A DNA stretch of 64,000 nt from an uncultured Chlamydiae bacterium (GCA_963713615.1 CAVQMM010000001.1:1472001-1536000), one strand, 5' to 3'; counted from the stretch's first letter, positions 43,561-54,328 are shown. The notes: generated by a model not told the origin, from the letters alone. A program made the numbers and translations.

Positions 43561-44580
43561 CTCCTTTTCTAGTGTGACATTATAATCGCCTCGACGCGCA
43601 GCCTGGTTACATCTAGCGCGATGATACAAGGCTTGCTGTGCTGCCAATACGTTTACTTCCTTGCCTTGCCAAATATCCAAGGCTGGTTGTTGAATTGCGC
43701 GAGCAAAAGAAAATGACAACGCCCAAGGGAGTTTTGACTTGAATCTGACATTCATGGCATTCAAGCGGGCTGAAGCGAGTTCACTGGATTGACCGCCTGA
43801 TAAAAACATAACTCCTGGAACGGCTGCAGGGACAGTTCTCAATAGACATCTCACTGTGGCATCGGCTACTTCGTCAACAGGTTCCTGTTTGGAGCAAGTC
43901 AATCCCGGAAGCACCATGTTAGGTTTCAAAAGCATACCTTCCAGTAGCACTCCTTGTGTATAAAGCTGATCGAAAACTATTCGCAGGACTTCCTCCGTTA
44001 CCTCATAGCACTGCTCTAAGTTATGCTCACCGTCCATGAGCACTTCTGGCTCGACAATCGGTACCAATCCAGCCTCCTGGCATAATGCTGCATAGCGAGC
44101 CAAAGCCTGCGCATTTGCTTCGATGCACCCTCTGCTTGGAATGTCGTTACCTATTGCAATGACCGCGCGCCACTTAGCAAAACGAGCACCCATCTGATAA
44201 TATTCCTTTAACCGATCACGCAATCCGTCAAGACCTTCTGCTATTTTTTCTCCAGGATGGCCTGCCATATCCTTTGCACCGGCATCAACTTTGATGCCGG
44301 GAATAATCCCTGCATCGGTAATGACTTTAACAAAAGGAATACCAGCTTTTGTGGACTGATGGATGGTTTCATCACAAAGGATAGCGCCACTGATAAACTC
44401 GCCCAAACCAGGTGTAGTCAGAATCAATTCCCGATAGGATCGCCGAGCTTCCTCAGTCTGGGGAATCCCTAACTTGGCAAATCGTTTGTTGCAAGTTGGA
44501 TTACTTTCATCCATAGCAAGCAAACCCTTATCGCAAGCTACCAGGGCCATCGCAGTATTTATAAGCTCTTGGATATTCAC
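43561..44580 (-). CDS. fba: fructose-bisphosphate aldolase class I, copy 2
   Basis: Same motifs as copy 1; no stop before the pgi ATG. Confidence 0.93.
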
Positions 44581-44856
44581 ATTAAATCCTCGAATAGCTT
44601 CACTTTTTTCATATCATCATCTTCCACTCCTCGCTGATGGAGCGAAGAAGAAAAGACCCGGCTGGCAGTGTCCCTGGCTTGAACCTATACCGCGCGCGGT
44701 ATAAGGGCCGTCGTAACCGATTTACCATATAGCAGTCAACAGCCTTTGGCACGCGTGTATATGGGATGTTCCGCTGCTGCGTCGGGTTCTATTGAAAGCA
44801 CTTCCAAAAGCACAATACACAGGCAGGAGCGAGGAGTGAAAAAGGAGGATTTAGGA

Positions 44857-45282
44857 ATGAGGATTTTTACACAGAGAACACCGAGACGCCGAGATAGGAA
44901 AAAAATTTCAAGCTCAGCCAAAACATCTGGTGAAACTGATACGAAATTCAAAAAAGACTTCAAATATAATGAGATTGCATCCGAATTAACTAATGCATAT
45001 GTAGACAAAATAAATACTCTATTTGATCAAACGAATCAGATTGTGAACGAATTAAAGGCTGATACCGGTTTTAGTGCACATGAATCAAGACGAAAACTGT
45101 TACAAAGTTTTGACGAATTAGAAGGTTTAAATAAACTTTTGTTTGACTCAAAAATAAAAGAAAAAAATAAGCCGAAAATGAAAAAGCTAGCATCATTAGT
45201 AGAGAGAGAGAGGACTGAATTCAATATAGTTGAGATGGAACGCAGCGCTCAAGCTAGGAGAGAAAGAATCCAAAATCTTTAG
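44857..45282 (+). CDS. hypothetical charged coiled-coil protein
   Basis: AGGAGG upstream; Lys/Glu-rich. Confidence 0.45.
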   Translation: MRIFTQRTPRRRDRKKISSSAKTSGETDTKFKKDFKYNEIASELTNAYVDKINTLFDQTNQIVNELKADTGFSAHESRRKLLQSFDELEGLNKLLFDSKIKEKNKPKMKKLASLVERERTEFNIVEMERSAQARRERIQNL

Positions 45283-46005
45283 GTTCTTGGGAAGAATTAG
45301 TGGCGCTGGGTGGCGCAATTTCCCATGTGGCGCAGATCTCTTTTGTCCATGGGGGTGAGGCTCCATGGACTTCGTGGACAGTAATGAGGTAATTGCAGAA
45401 GTCCGATTCTCCGAAGTCAATTTCCTGAAAATCGGATGCCGGTGAAGAGAGAGTCATTCCCTTCCCAGGCCCGAAGGGTCGATATTGCAACAGGCCATGG
45501 CATCGCCACATAGGCCTCAACCTAACAGGTCTTTTGAGCTTATATCTCAATGACTTAGGACTTCACAATCGTATCTCGGCGCGCAGCGCTTTGGAGTGCG
45601 GTCGCTTGCGACCGCTTTTCGTTCCTTGGGACGGCAATGCTAAACGGCATTGTATGGATTCGTCGAAGGCTGCATGTACTAACTATTTTACCCTTAGGGA
45701 ATTATAGTAATGCCGTTGCACACGACCGTCGCAAGGAACCCAAAGCGGTCGCAAGCGACCGCACTCCAAAGCGCTGCGCGCCGAGATACGATTGTTAGGC
45801 TTAGGTTGAGGCCTATGTGGCATCGCCATGGTATATGCCAAAACGGTTTTAGCAGCCTGTAGGGCTGCCATAAAGCGCATGCATAAATGGTGTTTGTAAA
45901 CTGGCGTCTTGTAGCAGTCCTTCAGACTGTGAAATCCCTTCCTGGCATATACCATGGCGATGCCATGGCCTGTTGCAATATCGACCCTTCGGGCCTGGGA
46001 AGGGA
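45282..46005. mobile_element. second, truncated nested composite MITE
   Basis: ISL3-type end GGTTCTTGGGAAGAATT at 45282; 45385-46005 almost identical to 31336-31960. Confidence 0.85.
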
Positions 46006-46109
46006 GAAAAGCCTGTCTTTCCAGACTGGATAGTGCCATACCACTTAAGCTCTCTAGAATCGCCTTCTCACAAAAAAAGGTAACCTTTTTTTGTGAGAAT
46101 CGATTCTCA

Positions 46110-46446
46110 AGGGCTCAAATAATTTTGCAATTACCTCGTAATGGACCCCATGGACTAGAATGCCTATGCCATTGTAGGATCTGTGATGATATTCTATTTG
46201 GGCTCTACCTTCATCTTTGCAAATACCTTTGCAGGTGCTTTTGCAAGGTGTGGAAAAATCGCGGGTTTTGCAGGCGCTTTATATGGAGGGCTTCAGGTTG
46301 CGGGCGGATCAGCTCTAGGGGCCGTCGTCGCCTATCTACCCTATAGCAGTCAACTACCTTTGGCATGCGTGTATATGGGGTGTTCCGCTGCTGCCTGGGC
46401 AGTATATAAATGTGTTGTTAGGCCCGAGGAGATCCGTAACAAGTAG
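46110..46446 (+). pseudogene. C-terminal fragment of a Bcr/CflA-type MFS transporter
   Basis: GSTFIFANTFAGAF...AGFAGALYGGLQ. Confidence 0.65.
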
Positions 46447-46454
46447 GGAGAGTC

Positions 46455-47216
46455 ATGAAAATCGCTTTTTTATTCTTGCTATATAGTTTTACAGGTCTTC
46501 TCGCTAATGAAACATCTCGCAGAGAATACTTGGAGTTAATACAGACTCACCCTGAAGTATTTATGCCAATGGGAAATGCTTCTAAAGGCGAAATTCAGAT
46601 TTTATTAGATCCCGAAAAAATGGCGGCGATTGAAATCGCTACTGATCGCGATGTCGGCGTCCTCAAAAGCGATCGCTATTGGATTTGGCTCAATGATGCA
46701 TGTCTATTCCCCGATGGCACTGAAGGGGTTATTGGCCGAATCTTAGCGAGAAATTTAGAACGTCGTCCCGGAGCGGCGGTATTGCCCGTATTGCCAAACG
46801 GCAAAATTGTGCTCAACTGTGAATTCCGCCACGCTACACGTGATTGGGAACTGGAGATGCCACGAGGGGGAATTAAACCGGGAGAGAGTACGGAAGAAGC
46901 CGCTCGTAGAGAGGTTCTCGAAGAAACAGGCTTAGTGGTGGATCGGCTAGTTCGCCTTGGAGAAGTCACAGGAGACTCAGGGGTTACAGGTATGATCCTC
47001 CCTATTTTTATGGCAAAAGTCTCCGGCATCCAAAGACCTGACAGAGAAAGCTCCGAGGCCATCAACCAAACCCTATCACTATCGATATCCGCGATAAAGG
47101 AAGCCTTTGTTAGAGGATATGTAGAATGTATCATCGAAGGGGAAACTAGGCGCGTGAATGCCAGAGATCCATTCTTAGCCTATGCTTTGAATATCTTGAC
47201 TGAAATCTCAAACTGA
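46455..47216 (+). CDS. NUDIX hydrolase (ADP-ribose pyrophosphatase-like)
   Basis: EMPRGGIKPGESTEEAARREVLEETG Nudix box. Confidence 0.88.
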   Translation: MKIAFLFLLYSFTGLLANETSRREYLELIQTHPEVFMPMGNASKGEIQILLDPEKMAAIEIATDRDVGVLKSDRYWIWLNDACLFPDGTEGVIGRILARNLERRPGAAVLPVLPNGKIVLNCEFRHATRDWELEMPRGGIKPGESTEEAARREVLEETGLVVDRLVRLGEVTGDSGVTGMILPIFMAKVSGIQRPDRESSEAINQTLSLSISAIKEAFVRGYVECIIEGETRRVNARDPFLAYALNILTEISN

Positions 47217-47228
47217 AGAGAAAGTTAG

Positions 47229-47460
47229 GGTTCTTGGGAATAATTGGGAACGCTTTGGAGCCCCAACCGACTGCGTCACCAATATCCGAAAGTAACAAGG
47301 TTTCCTATGTAGCGCAGTCATTCCATGCATTCCATGACTGCGAACAATCCATTGTAATTGTGGAGACGCGTAAAACAAACGTCCCATGTGATGCAAACGG
47401 AATCTGTTTCAACCGTTCTCGCAGTCATGGAATGACTGCGCCTCATAGAAAATTGCTCCA
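47229..47460. repeat. ISL3-type end plus repeat family B (site empty of the 160-bp MITE)
   Basis: GGTTCTTGGGAATAATTGGG; reverse complement matches 29798-30095 without the MITE. Confidence 0.75.
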
Positions 47461-47485
47461 GCCACCTGCTGAGTAGGGTATACAA

Positions 47486-47745
47486 TCAGGTCGGCTTCTT
47501 TTTCTTTTCGTGTTTAGCAATAGCAATACGTGTCCGTACAACCGCATCGGGGCTTAGGCTAATGCTATCGATTCCACAATCTACCAAAAATTCTGCAAAT
47601 TTCGGATAAGTCGATGGTGCATCACCACAAATGCCGATTTTGCGCTTACGCTTTTTGGCCACTGTGATAACATGTTCGATCATACGGGTGACAGCTTCAT
47701 CGCGTTCGTCAAAGATGTCTGCCACTAGCTCACTGTCACGATTAT
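47486..47745 (-). pseudogene. ppsA: C-terminal fragment of phosphoenolpyruvate synthase
   Basis: RDSELVADIFDERDEAV, KIGICG.APS.YP.FAEFLV..GIDSISL.PD. Confidence 0.8.
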
Positions 47746-47827
47746 CTTTCACTTGAAGATTTAAGCTGATTTGCGATTTATAAAACTAAATTTTAGACAG
47801 TATCAAATTTTTATGGTCCTTGCCTTT

Positions 47828-48454
47828 TTATGGCGACTGCGCCGCATTGAGGGTTAACATTAGTGTTATAGCGATTCCCCACATCATTGCACCTACTAGG
47901 CTATCAATGATTCTCCAAGAGCTTGGCTTGGACAATAAAGGCGCCAAAAGACGGCTCCCATAGGTAATGGCAAAGAACCAGAGAAAAGAGGCACTGATCG
48001 CCCCTAACGCAAAATAGATTTGCTCATGAGAAGGCTGTTGTGAAGCTATGCTTCCTAACAAAATAACCGTATCCAGGTAGACATGAGGATTGAGCAAGCT
48101 TAAGGCTAGAAGCAAACCAACTGTCCTTTTTATAGAGGGCAAATTCTGCTCTTTTGTCCCTTCCAAAAACCTAGGCTTAAAGGCGGATTTCAAAGAAACA
48201 GCGCCATAAAAAAATAGAAAAATGATCGCAAAGTACTTCGTGAGCTCAATTAATAACGGATAGGTAGAAATAAGCTGACCGAAGCCTAAGACCCCTAGAA
48301 GGATCAACAGCGCATCGATCGAAGAACAAAGAAGCGCTGTCATAAGAAGGTGACGGCGCATCAAGCCTTGCCGAATGACAAAGGCATTCTGTGCCCCAAT
48401 GGCCATGATTAAACTACCGCTTGTGCTAAAGCCTTTCAATAGTGCTAGGAACAT
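47828..48454 (-). CDS. argO: LysE/ArgO amino-acid exporter
   Basis: AIGAQNAFVIRQGL, LLNPHVYLDT. Confidence 0.9.
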   Translation of the reverse strand: MFLALLKGFSTSGSLIMAIGAQNAFVIRQGLMRRHLLMTALLCSSIDALLILLGVLGFGQLISTYPLLIELTKYFAIIFLFFYGAVSLKSAFKPRFLEGTKEQNLPSIKRTVGLLLALSLLNPHVYLDTVILLGSIASQQPSHEQIYFALGAISASFLWFFAITYGSRLLAPLLSKPSSWRIIDSLVGAMMWGIAITLMLTLNAAQSP

Positions 48455-48502
48455 GTTGAATTAACCCTTTAAGCTTGTTTGTCCATGTATATCTCCAAAT
48501 CT

Positions 48503-48747
48503 GGCTTATCCGATTTTGTAGGATTGGGCTACAAAGGCAGAAGTAAGCAAGGAGAGGATTTAGAATTTTTCCCAAGGCTTCACAAAAGCGACAGGTGCTC
48601 AATTTAACTTTTTCTGTTAAATTGAGATCCAGTAACTAAACATTCTCCTCTCTGTCCTAAATCTCTGTGTCCTCTGTGATCTCTGTGGTAAAAATCCTAA
48701 ATCCTATTTCCCTCCTCTCATCTAAGGCCTGCAAAACCGGATGAACC
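48503..48747. mobile_element. 245-bp MITE in the argO/argP intergenic region
   Basis: IRs GGCTTATCCGATTTTGTAGG / CCTGCAAAACCGGATGAACC; flanks CCAAATCT / CTAAATCT (7 of 8); internal CTCTGTG repeats. Confidence 0.65.
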
Positions 48748-48781
48748 CTAAATCTACTCCCATTTTAGTTCCTAATCGAGT

Positions 48782-48825
48782 ATAAGTAAAATTAATCAAT
48801 TTTATGACTCATAAGTCAATCTAAT
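48782..48825. promoter_or_regulatory. two LysR-type boxes upstream of argP
   Basis: ATAAGTAAAATTAAT and ATAAGTCAATCTAAT, each containing T-N11-A. Confidence 0.45.
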
Positions 48826-48834
48826 GGATGGAAA

Positions 48835-49731
48835 ATGCTCGATTATCGCGGAATAGAGGCTCTGCACGCTGTTCAAGAACTGCAAAGCTTTGAGGCGGCA
48901 GCCAAAAAATTGCACATCACCCAGTCAGCCGTTTCGCAAAGAATCAAGGGACTGGAAAACTTCTATGGGGAACCCCTGCTCGTTCGAGTGCTGCCCTATC
49001 GCCTTACCGAACTTGGAACACACCTCATTGGCCATTTTAAGCAGATTTGCCTACTAGAAGAAGGTTTGGAAAAGCAAATCAAAAAAACAGCGGTGATTCC
49101 ACGTATCTCCATCGCATTGAATCGAGATAGTTTGGAAACTTGGTTTTTAAGTTTGATCGAAGAAACTGATGTTTTCAGAAACATCATCCTAGAGGTTATC
49201 GCAGATGATCAAGAGCTCACCTTGGACTATCTCAAAAATGGATTGGTATCGGCCTGTCTATCCACTTCAGAAAAAGAAATCGTAGGAGGCAGAATTCACT
49301 TCTTAGGAAATATGGAATACGTGCTTGTGGCATCTCCAGCATTTGCGAAAACTTTTTTTTCAAAAGGAAGTCCTAAACAGTGCCTGCGACATGCTCCAGC
49401 AATTAAGTTCGATCAAAATGATAAATTGCATGAGAGATACCTTGAGAAATTTTTTAATCTGGATGGGAGGGAATTAGACTATCATGTCGTTCCCTCTGTA
49501 GCGGCGTTTAGAAAATTCGCTCTGTTAGGCTATGGCTATGGCCTTATTCCAAGGATTGATATTGTTGACGAACTCAAGAAAAAACAATTAGTACAGCTTT
49601 ATCGCGATAAGGTGTGGAATATTCCCTTATATTGGCATTATTGGGCTGTCCAATCTGCGTCCTACCAGAAATTCAACGCCAATGTCATTCATCATGCGAT
49701 GAACAAGTTGAGCAATCCAAAGGGCAGGTGA
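48835..49731 (+). CDS. argP: ArgP/LysG-type LysR regulator
   Basis: SFEAAAKKLHITQSAVSQRIK.LE, IALN.DSLETW, LYWH; divergent from argO. Confidence 0.9.
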   Translation: MLDYRGIEALHAVQELQSFEAAAKKLHITQSAVSQRIKGLENFYGEPLLVRVLPYRLTELGTHLIGHFKQICLLEEGLEKQIKKTAVIPRISIALNRDSLETWFLSLIEETDVFRNIILEVIADDQELTLDYLKNGLVSACLSTSEKEIVGGRIHFLGNMEYVLVASPAFAKTFFSKGSPKQCLRHAPAIKFDQNDKLHERYLEKFFNLDGRELDYHVVPSVAAFRKFALLGYGYGLIPRIDIVDELKKKQLVQLYRDKVWNIPLYWHYWAVQSASYQKFNANVIHHAMNKLSNPKGR

Positions 49732-49755
49732 GAAAAAGCTCAGACCCTTAGCACG

Positions 49756-50919
49756 CTACCTCAAAACCTTTTTGATCTTGCCACCCAGACCTATAAGCCT
49801 TTCCTTTGGTTCATTGGAGAAGACAAAGCGCACATATTTGGCAGCATGATCTCCCCAACCAACCATGGGCGTCGTGGCGATTTTAGCTTCTTTAAACAGT
49901 TTTTCAGTTAATGCCTCTGAATTCATACCAAGAGCCGATGCATCCAATAGCAAAGACCATCCTCCATGTGGAGGGATAAAAGTTAGGCCTGCGAGTTCTC
50001 CAAGCAAGGTATCTCGCCTTCCTTGCCATATTTCAATCGCTGCTATTAAACCATCATCTGTAGCATTCAGTCCTGCAGCGACCCCTGCCATACTAATGCC
50101 AGTTTGACATACTACGTTTGAGATACTCACTAAGGCGACATCGTTCATGATAGCTTTGGGGCCCACAACCCAGCCTACCCGCCAGCCGATCATCCTTAGT
50201 TCCTTAGAAGCCGCTCCAACCGTTATCGTGCGCTCTTTCATGTTTGGAAAAGATGCAGGGTGAATGACTGGTCGACTATCGTACAAAATGCGTTCCATAG
50301 CTGCATCGTAGAGTAGCCATGCATCTGTCTCTATACTGATGCGTGCGACAGCTTCCCATTCCTCGCGTGTCAAAATATGACCTGTAGGCATACCTGGACT
50401 AATCAAAACAATTCTTGTCTTGTCTGAGGCTGCTTTTTCCAAAGCGTGCAAGTCTAAAAGCCAACCCGTTGAGGAGGGTATCAGAGGTACAAATTTTGTG
50501 ACGCCTCCTGCAAGACGAATGCGGTTGATAATCCCAGCATAGGTAGGGTCTGTAACAATGACTTCATCCCCAGGCTCGAGCATCGCAAGCAGACAATTCA
50601 ATATGCCTGACATACCTCCCGCTGTGACAATGCACTCGGAACGCCAATCATACTCTACATCAGCCACGCGAGAAACGCGCTTGGTAGCTGCCTGTCTTAA
50701 TGCATCTTGGCCTAAAAAAGGCAAATAGCTGTTATTTTCATCAGCTCCGACACCCCTTCTCGTGACCTCTATAGCAATAGGCGGGGGAGCGATATCTGTA
50801 TCAAGGTTTTCAAGCCGCAATATCTCGGGATCATGCGCAGCGTCAGCAGCATTTCCCATGCGGTCTACTCCAATCCCGGGAACTTGCGCAAGTCTTGAGA
50901 CTCTTGTGTGTCGAGGCAT
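49756..50919 (-). CDS. PLP-dependent aminotransferase class I/II
   Basis: DPTY, PGMPTG, YDAA, SKELRMIGWRVGW. Confidence 0.88.
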   Translation of the reverse strand: MPRHTRVSRLAQVPGIGVDRMGNAADAAHDPEILRLENLDTDIAPPPIAIEVTRRGVGADENNSYLPFLGQDALRQAATKRVSRVADVEYDWRSECIVTAGGMSGILNCLLAMLEPGDEVIVTDPTYAGIINRIRLAGGVTKFVPLIPSSTGWLLDLHALEKAASDKTRIVLISPGMPTGHILTREEWEAVARISIETDAWLLYDAAMERILYDSRPVIHPASFPNMKERTITVGAASKELRMIGWRVGWVVGPKAIMNDVALVSISNVVCQTGISMAGVAAGLNATDDGLIAAIEIWQGRRDTLLGELAGLTFIPPHGGWSLLLDASALGMNSEALTEKLFKEAKIATTPMVGWGDHAAKYVRFVFSNEPKERLIGLGGKIKKVLR

Positions 50920-51043
50920 AGTAAATCCTGAAAATGATCTATGACAACTCACGATAGCTCGACTCACAAATTTAGTCAATATGTATAAGTTTGACAAAAT
51001 GTATAAATTCGGCTAAAATAAATGTCGTACAAGGAGCATTGTT

Positions 51044-51673
51044 ATGCCGAGCAGAGAATTCACAGCCTTATGGAAACACTATGAGCCCCTGATTAAAGCG
51101 GTGGTGGATCTTTTTCATCCTTTTGTAGAAGCCGCGGTCCACGATCTTGAGAAAGGCAAAGTGGTGGCTATCTACCATAATATTTCACAAAGAGAGGTGG
51201 GTGAACCTTCGCCACTTAAAGAATTGAAAGTAGACACTGAGGATTTTCCGGAATATTTCACCCCTTACTACAAACAAAATTGGGACGGGCGCTCATTAAA
51301 ATGCACTTCCGTAACGATGCGAAATAAAAAAGGGAAGCCAATTGGATTAATCTGTCTAAACATTGACGCAAGTTTTTTTCAGGATGGATACCAATTATTG
51401 AAAACATTTTTAAATGTTAAGGATGAAGCGGAAAATCCGATTGAAATTTTTGGCAGTCAATGTGAAGAACAGGCCGAAGGGGTCATCAAACAGTTTTTGG
51501 ATGAAAAGCATCTCTCTTTGAATCATTTGAACCGTGCCCAAAAAAGAGAGCTCGTCGTACAGCTTTATCGAAAAGGGATTTTTAATTTTAAAAATGCCAC
51601 ACCCTTCATTGCAAGAAAGCTAAACACGTCCCGGGCAAGTATTTATAATTATATCAAACAAATAGGAGAATAA
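51044..51673 (+). CDS. YheO-like PAS/HTH transcriptional regulator
   Basis: EAAVHDL, GR.LKC.S, IGLICLN.D, KGIF, SRASIYNY. Confidence 0.88.
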   Translation: MPSREFTALWKHYEPLIKAVVDLFHPFVEAAVHDLEKGKVVAIYHNISQREVGEPSPLKELKVDTEDFPEYFTPYYKQNWDGRSLKCTSVTMRNKKGKPIGLICLNIDASFFQDGYQLLKTFLNVKDEAENPIEIFGSQCEEQAEGVIKQFLDEKHLSLNHLNRAQKRELVVQLYRKGIFNFKNATPFIARKLNTSRASIYNYIKQIGE

Positions 51674-51679
51674 AATTTT

Positions 51680-52162
51680 ATGGTAAACAAGCTAAAGGCA
51701 TCTGCCCAACGCATTCAGGAAATTTTACAAGATCACGATCTCGGCATAAAAGTCATAGAATTTAAGGAAACAACCCGAACTTCTCAAGAGGCTGCAAATG
51801 CGATTGGGTGCGAGGTCGGGCAAATTGCAAAAACGTTGATCTTTAAAGGCAAGACAACAGGAAAGCCGCTGTGCATCATCGCAAGTGGAAAAAACAGGGT
51901 TGATGAAAAGAAACTCGTTCAAATCCTCGGAGAGGAAGTCGAAAAACCAGACGCTGAATTCGTTTTAAAGCATACGACCTTTGCCATTGGTGGCGTGCCC
52001 CCTATTGGATATGAGTTGGAAACCAAGCCTATAATCGATGAGGACCTCATGGTGTATCCAGAAATATGGGCTGCGGCGGGCACTCCTAATTCGGTATTTA
52101 GACTTTCACCGAATGATTTATTGCACATCACTCATGGTAGAGTTGTAGATGTCAAAAAGTGA
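51680..52162 (+). CDS. YbaK/EbsC aminoacyl-tRNA editing family protein
   Basis: TRT..EAA..IGCEVGQIAKTL, IGGVPP, WAAAGTP. Confidence 0.9.
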   Translation: MVNKLKASAQRIQEILQDHDLGIKVIEFKETTRTSQEAANAIGCEVGQIAKTLIFKGKTTGKPLCIIASGKNRVDEKKLVQILGEEVEKPDAEFVLKHTTFAIGGVPPIGYELETKPIIDEDLMVYPEIWAAAGTPNSVFRLSPNDLLHITHGRVVDVKK

Positions 52163-52350
52163 TGGCTAGGAAAGGACCTTGACCCGAAGGGTCGATATTG
52201 CCACAGGCCGTGACTGCGCCACATAGGAAATTGCATCAGCCAACCTTTTGAATTACTTGGAAGGCCCTAAAGCTTGAAAGATAGGCCCAAAAGGCTCAGC
52301 GAGGCTTGGCCGGTTCTACCGCCAAGCGACCGTTCCCTTTGTTAACTCTC

Positions 52351-53097
52351 TCAAAGCAGATACCTGTTTCTTAATTTGTCGATGCATCTCCGCATATGAG
52401 GATCCGATCGTTCATAAGGAATGTCGGTCGAAAAAAACCAACAAATTTGCTTAAATTCTTCCTTGTCAAACAAAAAAGAACCACTTGCGCACCCACTGAG
52501 AAGGTACCACAGAGACACGTCTGTATGACCTGCTGTTTGACCTACCGTTTTGGTCACTGTTAAGAAAAAAGGATCCTCATTAAGGAAATCTGCTTGAATA
52601 CCAAGTTCTTCTAGACATTCTCTTTTCACAGTCTCTTTAGGAGATTCATCTGGCTCAACATGTCCTCCAGAGGGTAACCAGAGACCAGCTTTTTTGTGAT
52701 CAACCAGGAGCAGCTTCTTTACTAAGGGATCTATCACAAGAAAATAGGGGCCTTGTTCGGCTTTCCGGGCAGAATTTCGGTCAGGCGAGAGGTCCCAGAT
52801 GCAGCAGTCGACGACGAGGGAATAGCGCTAGCTATTGCCGAGGAGGCGAATGCTGCAGATGGGCGCCTCGCAGCCGACCGAAAACTGCGCGAAAAGTCGA
52901 ACAAGGCCAAAATAGGCTACCAAATGTGGATCAGGAGTTGCAGGCTTGGCAATGCGAAAAATGCCGACACCTGAGTCGACCCAATCGTTTGCAAATCGGA
53001 GATGTTCCCTCTCCTTCTCATCCCAGGGCGTAATGGAACTGATCGCCTCTTTGATTTGCTTGATAGCATTATCTCTTTGTACCGACAACAAACGCAT
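52351..53097 (-). pseudogene. NUDIX hydrolase interrupted by a 160-bp MITE (start approximate)
   Basis: KPATPDPHLVAYF [insert] LVIDP...LWLPSGGHVEPDE.P.ETV.RE..EELG. Confidence 0.85.
52749..52908 (+). mobile_element. 160-bp palindromic MITE, divergent copy E
   Basis: GGCCTTGTTCG...CGAACAAGGCC; TSD AAAATAGG on both sides. Confidence 0.9.
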
Positions 53098-53857
53098 AAT
53101 CTCCAAGTTCACTCTCATGATCTCTAATGCACTTTTCGATCTCTCCGGAAGAGATATCCTTGCTGAGGCTATCACATCCATCCATGATCTCTTCTTGGTT
53201 CTCTGCTAGTGCAAAAGTAGATATTCCAGCGCGTACAATGGGGTCTAAGTAAAGATGAGGTTGATATTTTCCAATTTGCAAAAAACCATCTTGAAGATCA
53301 TTCGTGACGAAAAAATTCTCTGCTCTAATATCTTCAAAGCCAGCAGCCGCTAGAACGGCGCAGAGTCTGTCATAACTATGCATCTGGCTGGAAGCTGTAG
53401 ACATCGCTTTTGGAAAATATCGGTTCAGCCACGAAGTTTCCATCTGTTCAGGAAAGGAAGTAAAGATGACAAAACGCCCCTGTTTTAGAACCCTGAAGAC
53501 CTCTCGAAAAGACTCTTCTATATCTTTAATGTGGTGTGTTGCCAAAATGCATGTTGCACCGTTGAATTGATTATTATGAAAAGGCAAGCTTCTCGCATTG
53601 CCAAGAATCCATTCGATGTGACGACTTTTATTCCGTGCTTTTGCTAGCATTTCTTCAGAAATATCCACACCGCACATGCGATAGCCTTTTTCGGAAATTA
53701 CCTGCGTATAGTTTCCTGAACCACATCCAACATCAAGATAGTAACCATCGTTAGTTGGGGATAAGTGCTTAATGATTTGGTTGGCAATCTGCGGATCTGC
53801 CTTCCGTGTTTGATCGTATGTTTTTCCAATCCTGTTATATGCTGCTTCTGCCAACAT
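53069..53857 (-). CDS. class I SAM-dependent methyltransferase
   Basis: LDVGCGSGNY, GVDIS.EML, LPF, RVLK.GR. Confidence 0.9.
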   Translation of the reverse strand: MLAEAAYNRIGKTYDQTRKADPQIANQIIKHLSPTNDGYYLDVGCGSGNYTQVISEKGYRMCGVDISEEMLAKARNKSRHIEWILGNARSLPFHNNQFNGATCILATHHIKDIEESFREVFRVLKQGRFVIFTSFPEQMETSWLNRYFPKAMSTASSQMHSYDRLCAVLAAAGFEDIRAENFFVTNDLQDGFLQIGKYQPHLYLDPIVRAGISTFALAENQEEIMDGCDSLSKDISSGEIEKCIRDHESELGDYAFVVGTKR

Positions 53858-53875
53858 GGTTGCGATTCCTATGTG

Positions 53876-54328
53876 CTATTCGTGTTGCTTCCTATTCTGC
53901 CACTCTTCAATGAGAAGTATGTCACGTACGTCCTTCTCTCTACCCATTTTACGTTTGTAGTATAGGACATGTTCGAGTGATTCAAACGGAAGGCCGTCAA
54001 TCATTTCAGCATGTGCAAGGCGATCAGCTATTGTCGGTTCGTCAGGGGCTTTTTCTTCGGCATAGAAGGAACATTCGCCAAGTCCTTCAACAATACCATC
54101 AGGAAAAACGATCCTTTTCTCCCCAGCGTCGTCACTTACGCCATATTTTGAGGCAAGAACATTCCATAAATCGTCAGTTACAATAATGTCGATGTCGCCT
54201 ACTTCCCGCAAATTTCGAATTCCGAGGGGACCGCTACCCGATATGAAATACTGACCGATTGGAAGGCCCAGCTTTTTTACTGCTGCAAATTTTTGCCGAT
54301 TGTTTTGAACCATTTCATCCCTTTTCAA
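53876..54328 (-). CDS. hypothetical protein, possible nucleotidyltransferase-like fold
   Basis: GSGPL.IR..R...DIDI, GREKD..DI. Confidence 0.6.
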   Translation of the reverse strand: MKRDEMVQNNRQKFAAVKKLGLPIGQYFISGSGPLGIRNLREVGDIDIIVTDDLWNVLASKYGVSDDAGEKRIVFPDGIVEGLGECSFYAEEKAPDEPTIADRLAHAEMIDGLPFESLEHVLYYKRKMGREKDVRDILLIEEWQNRKQHE

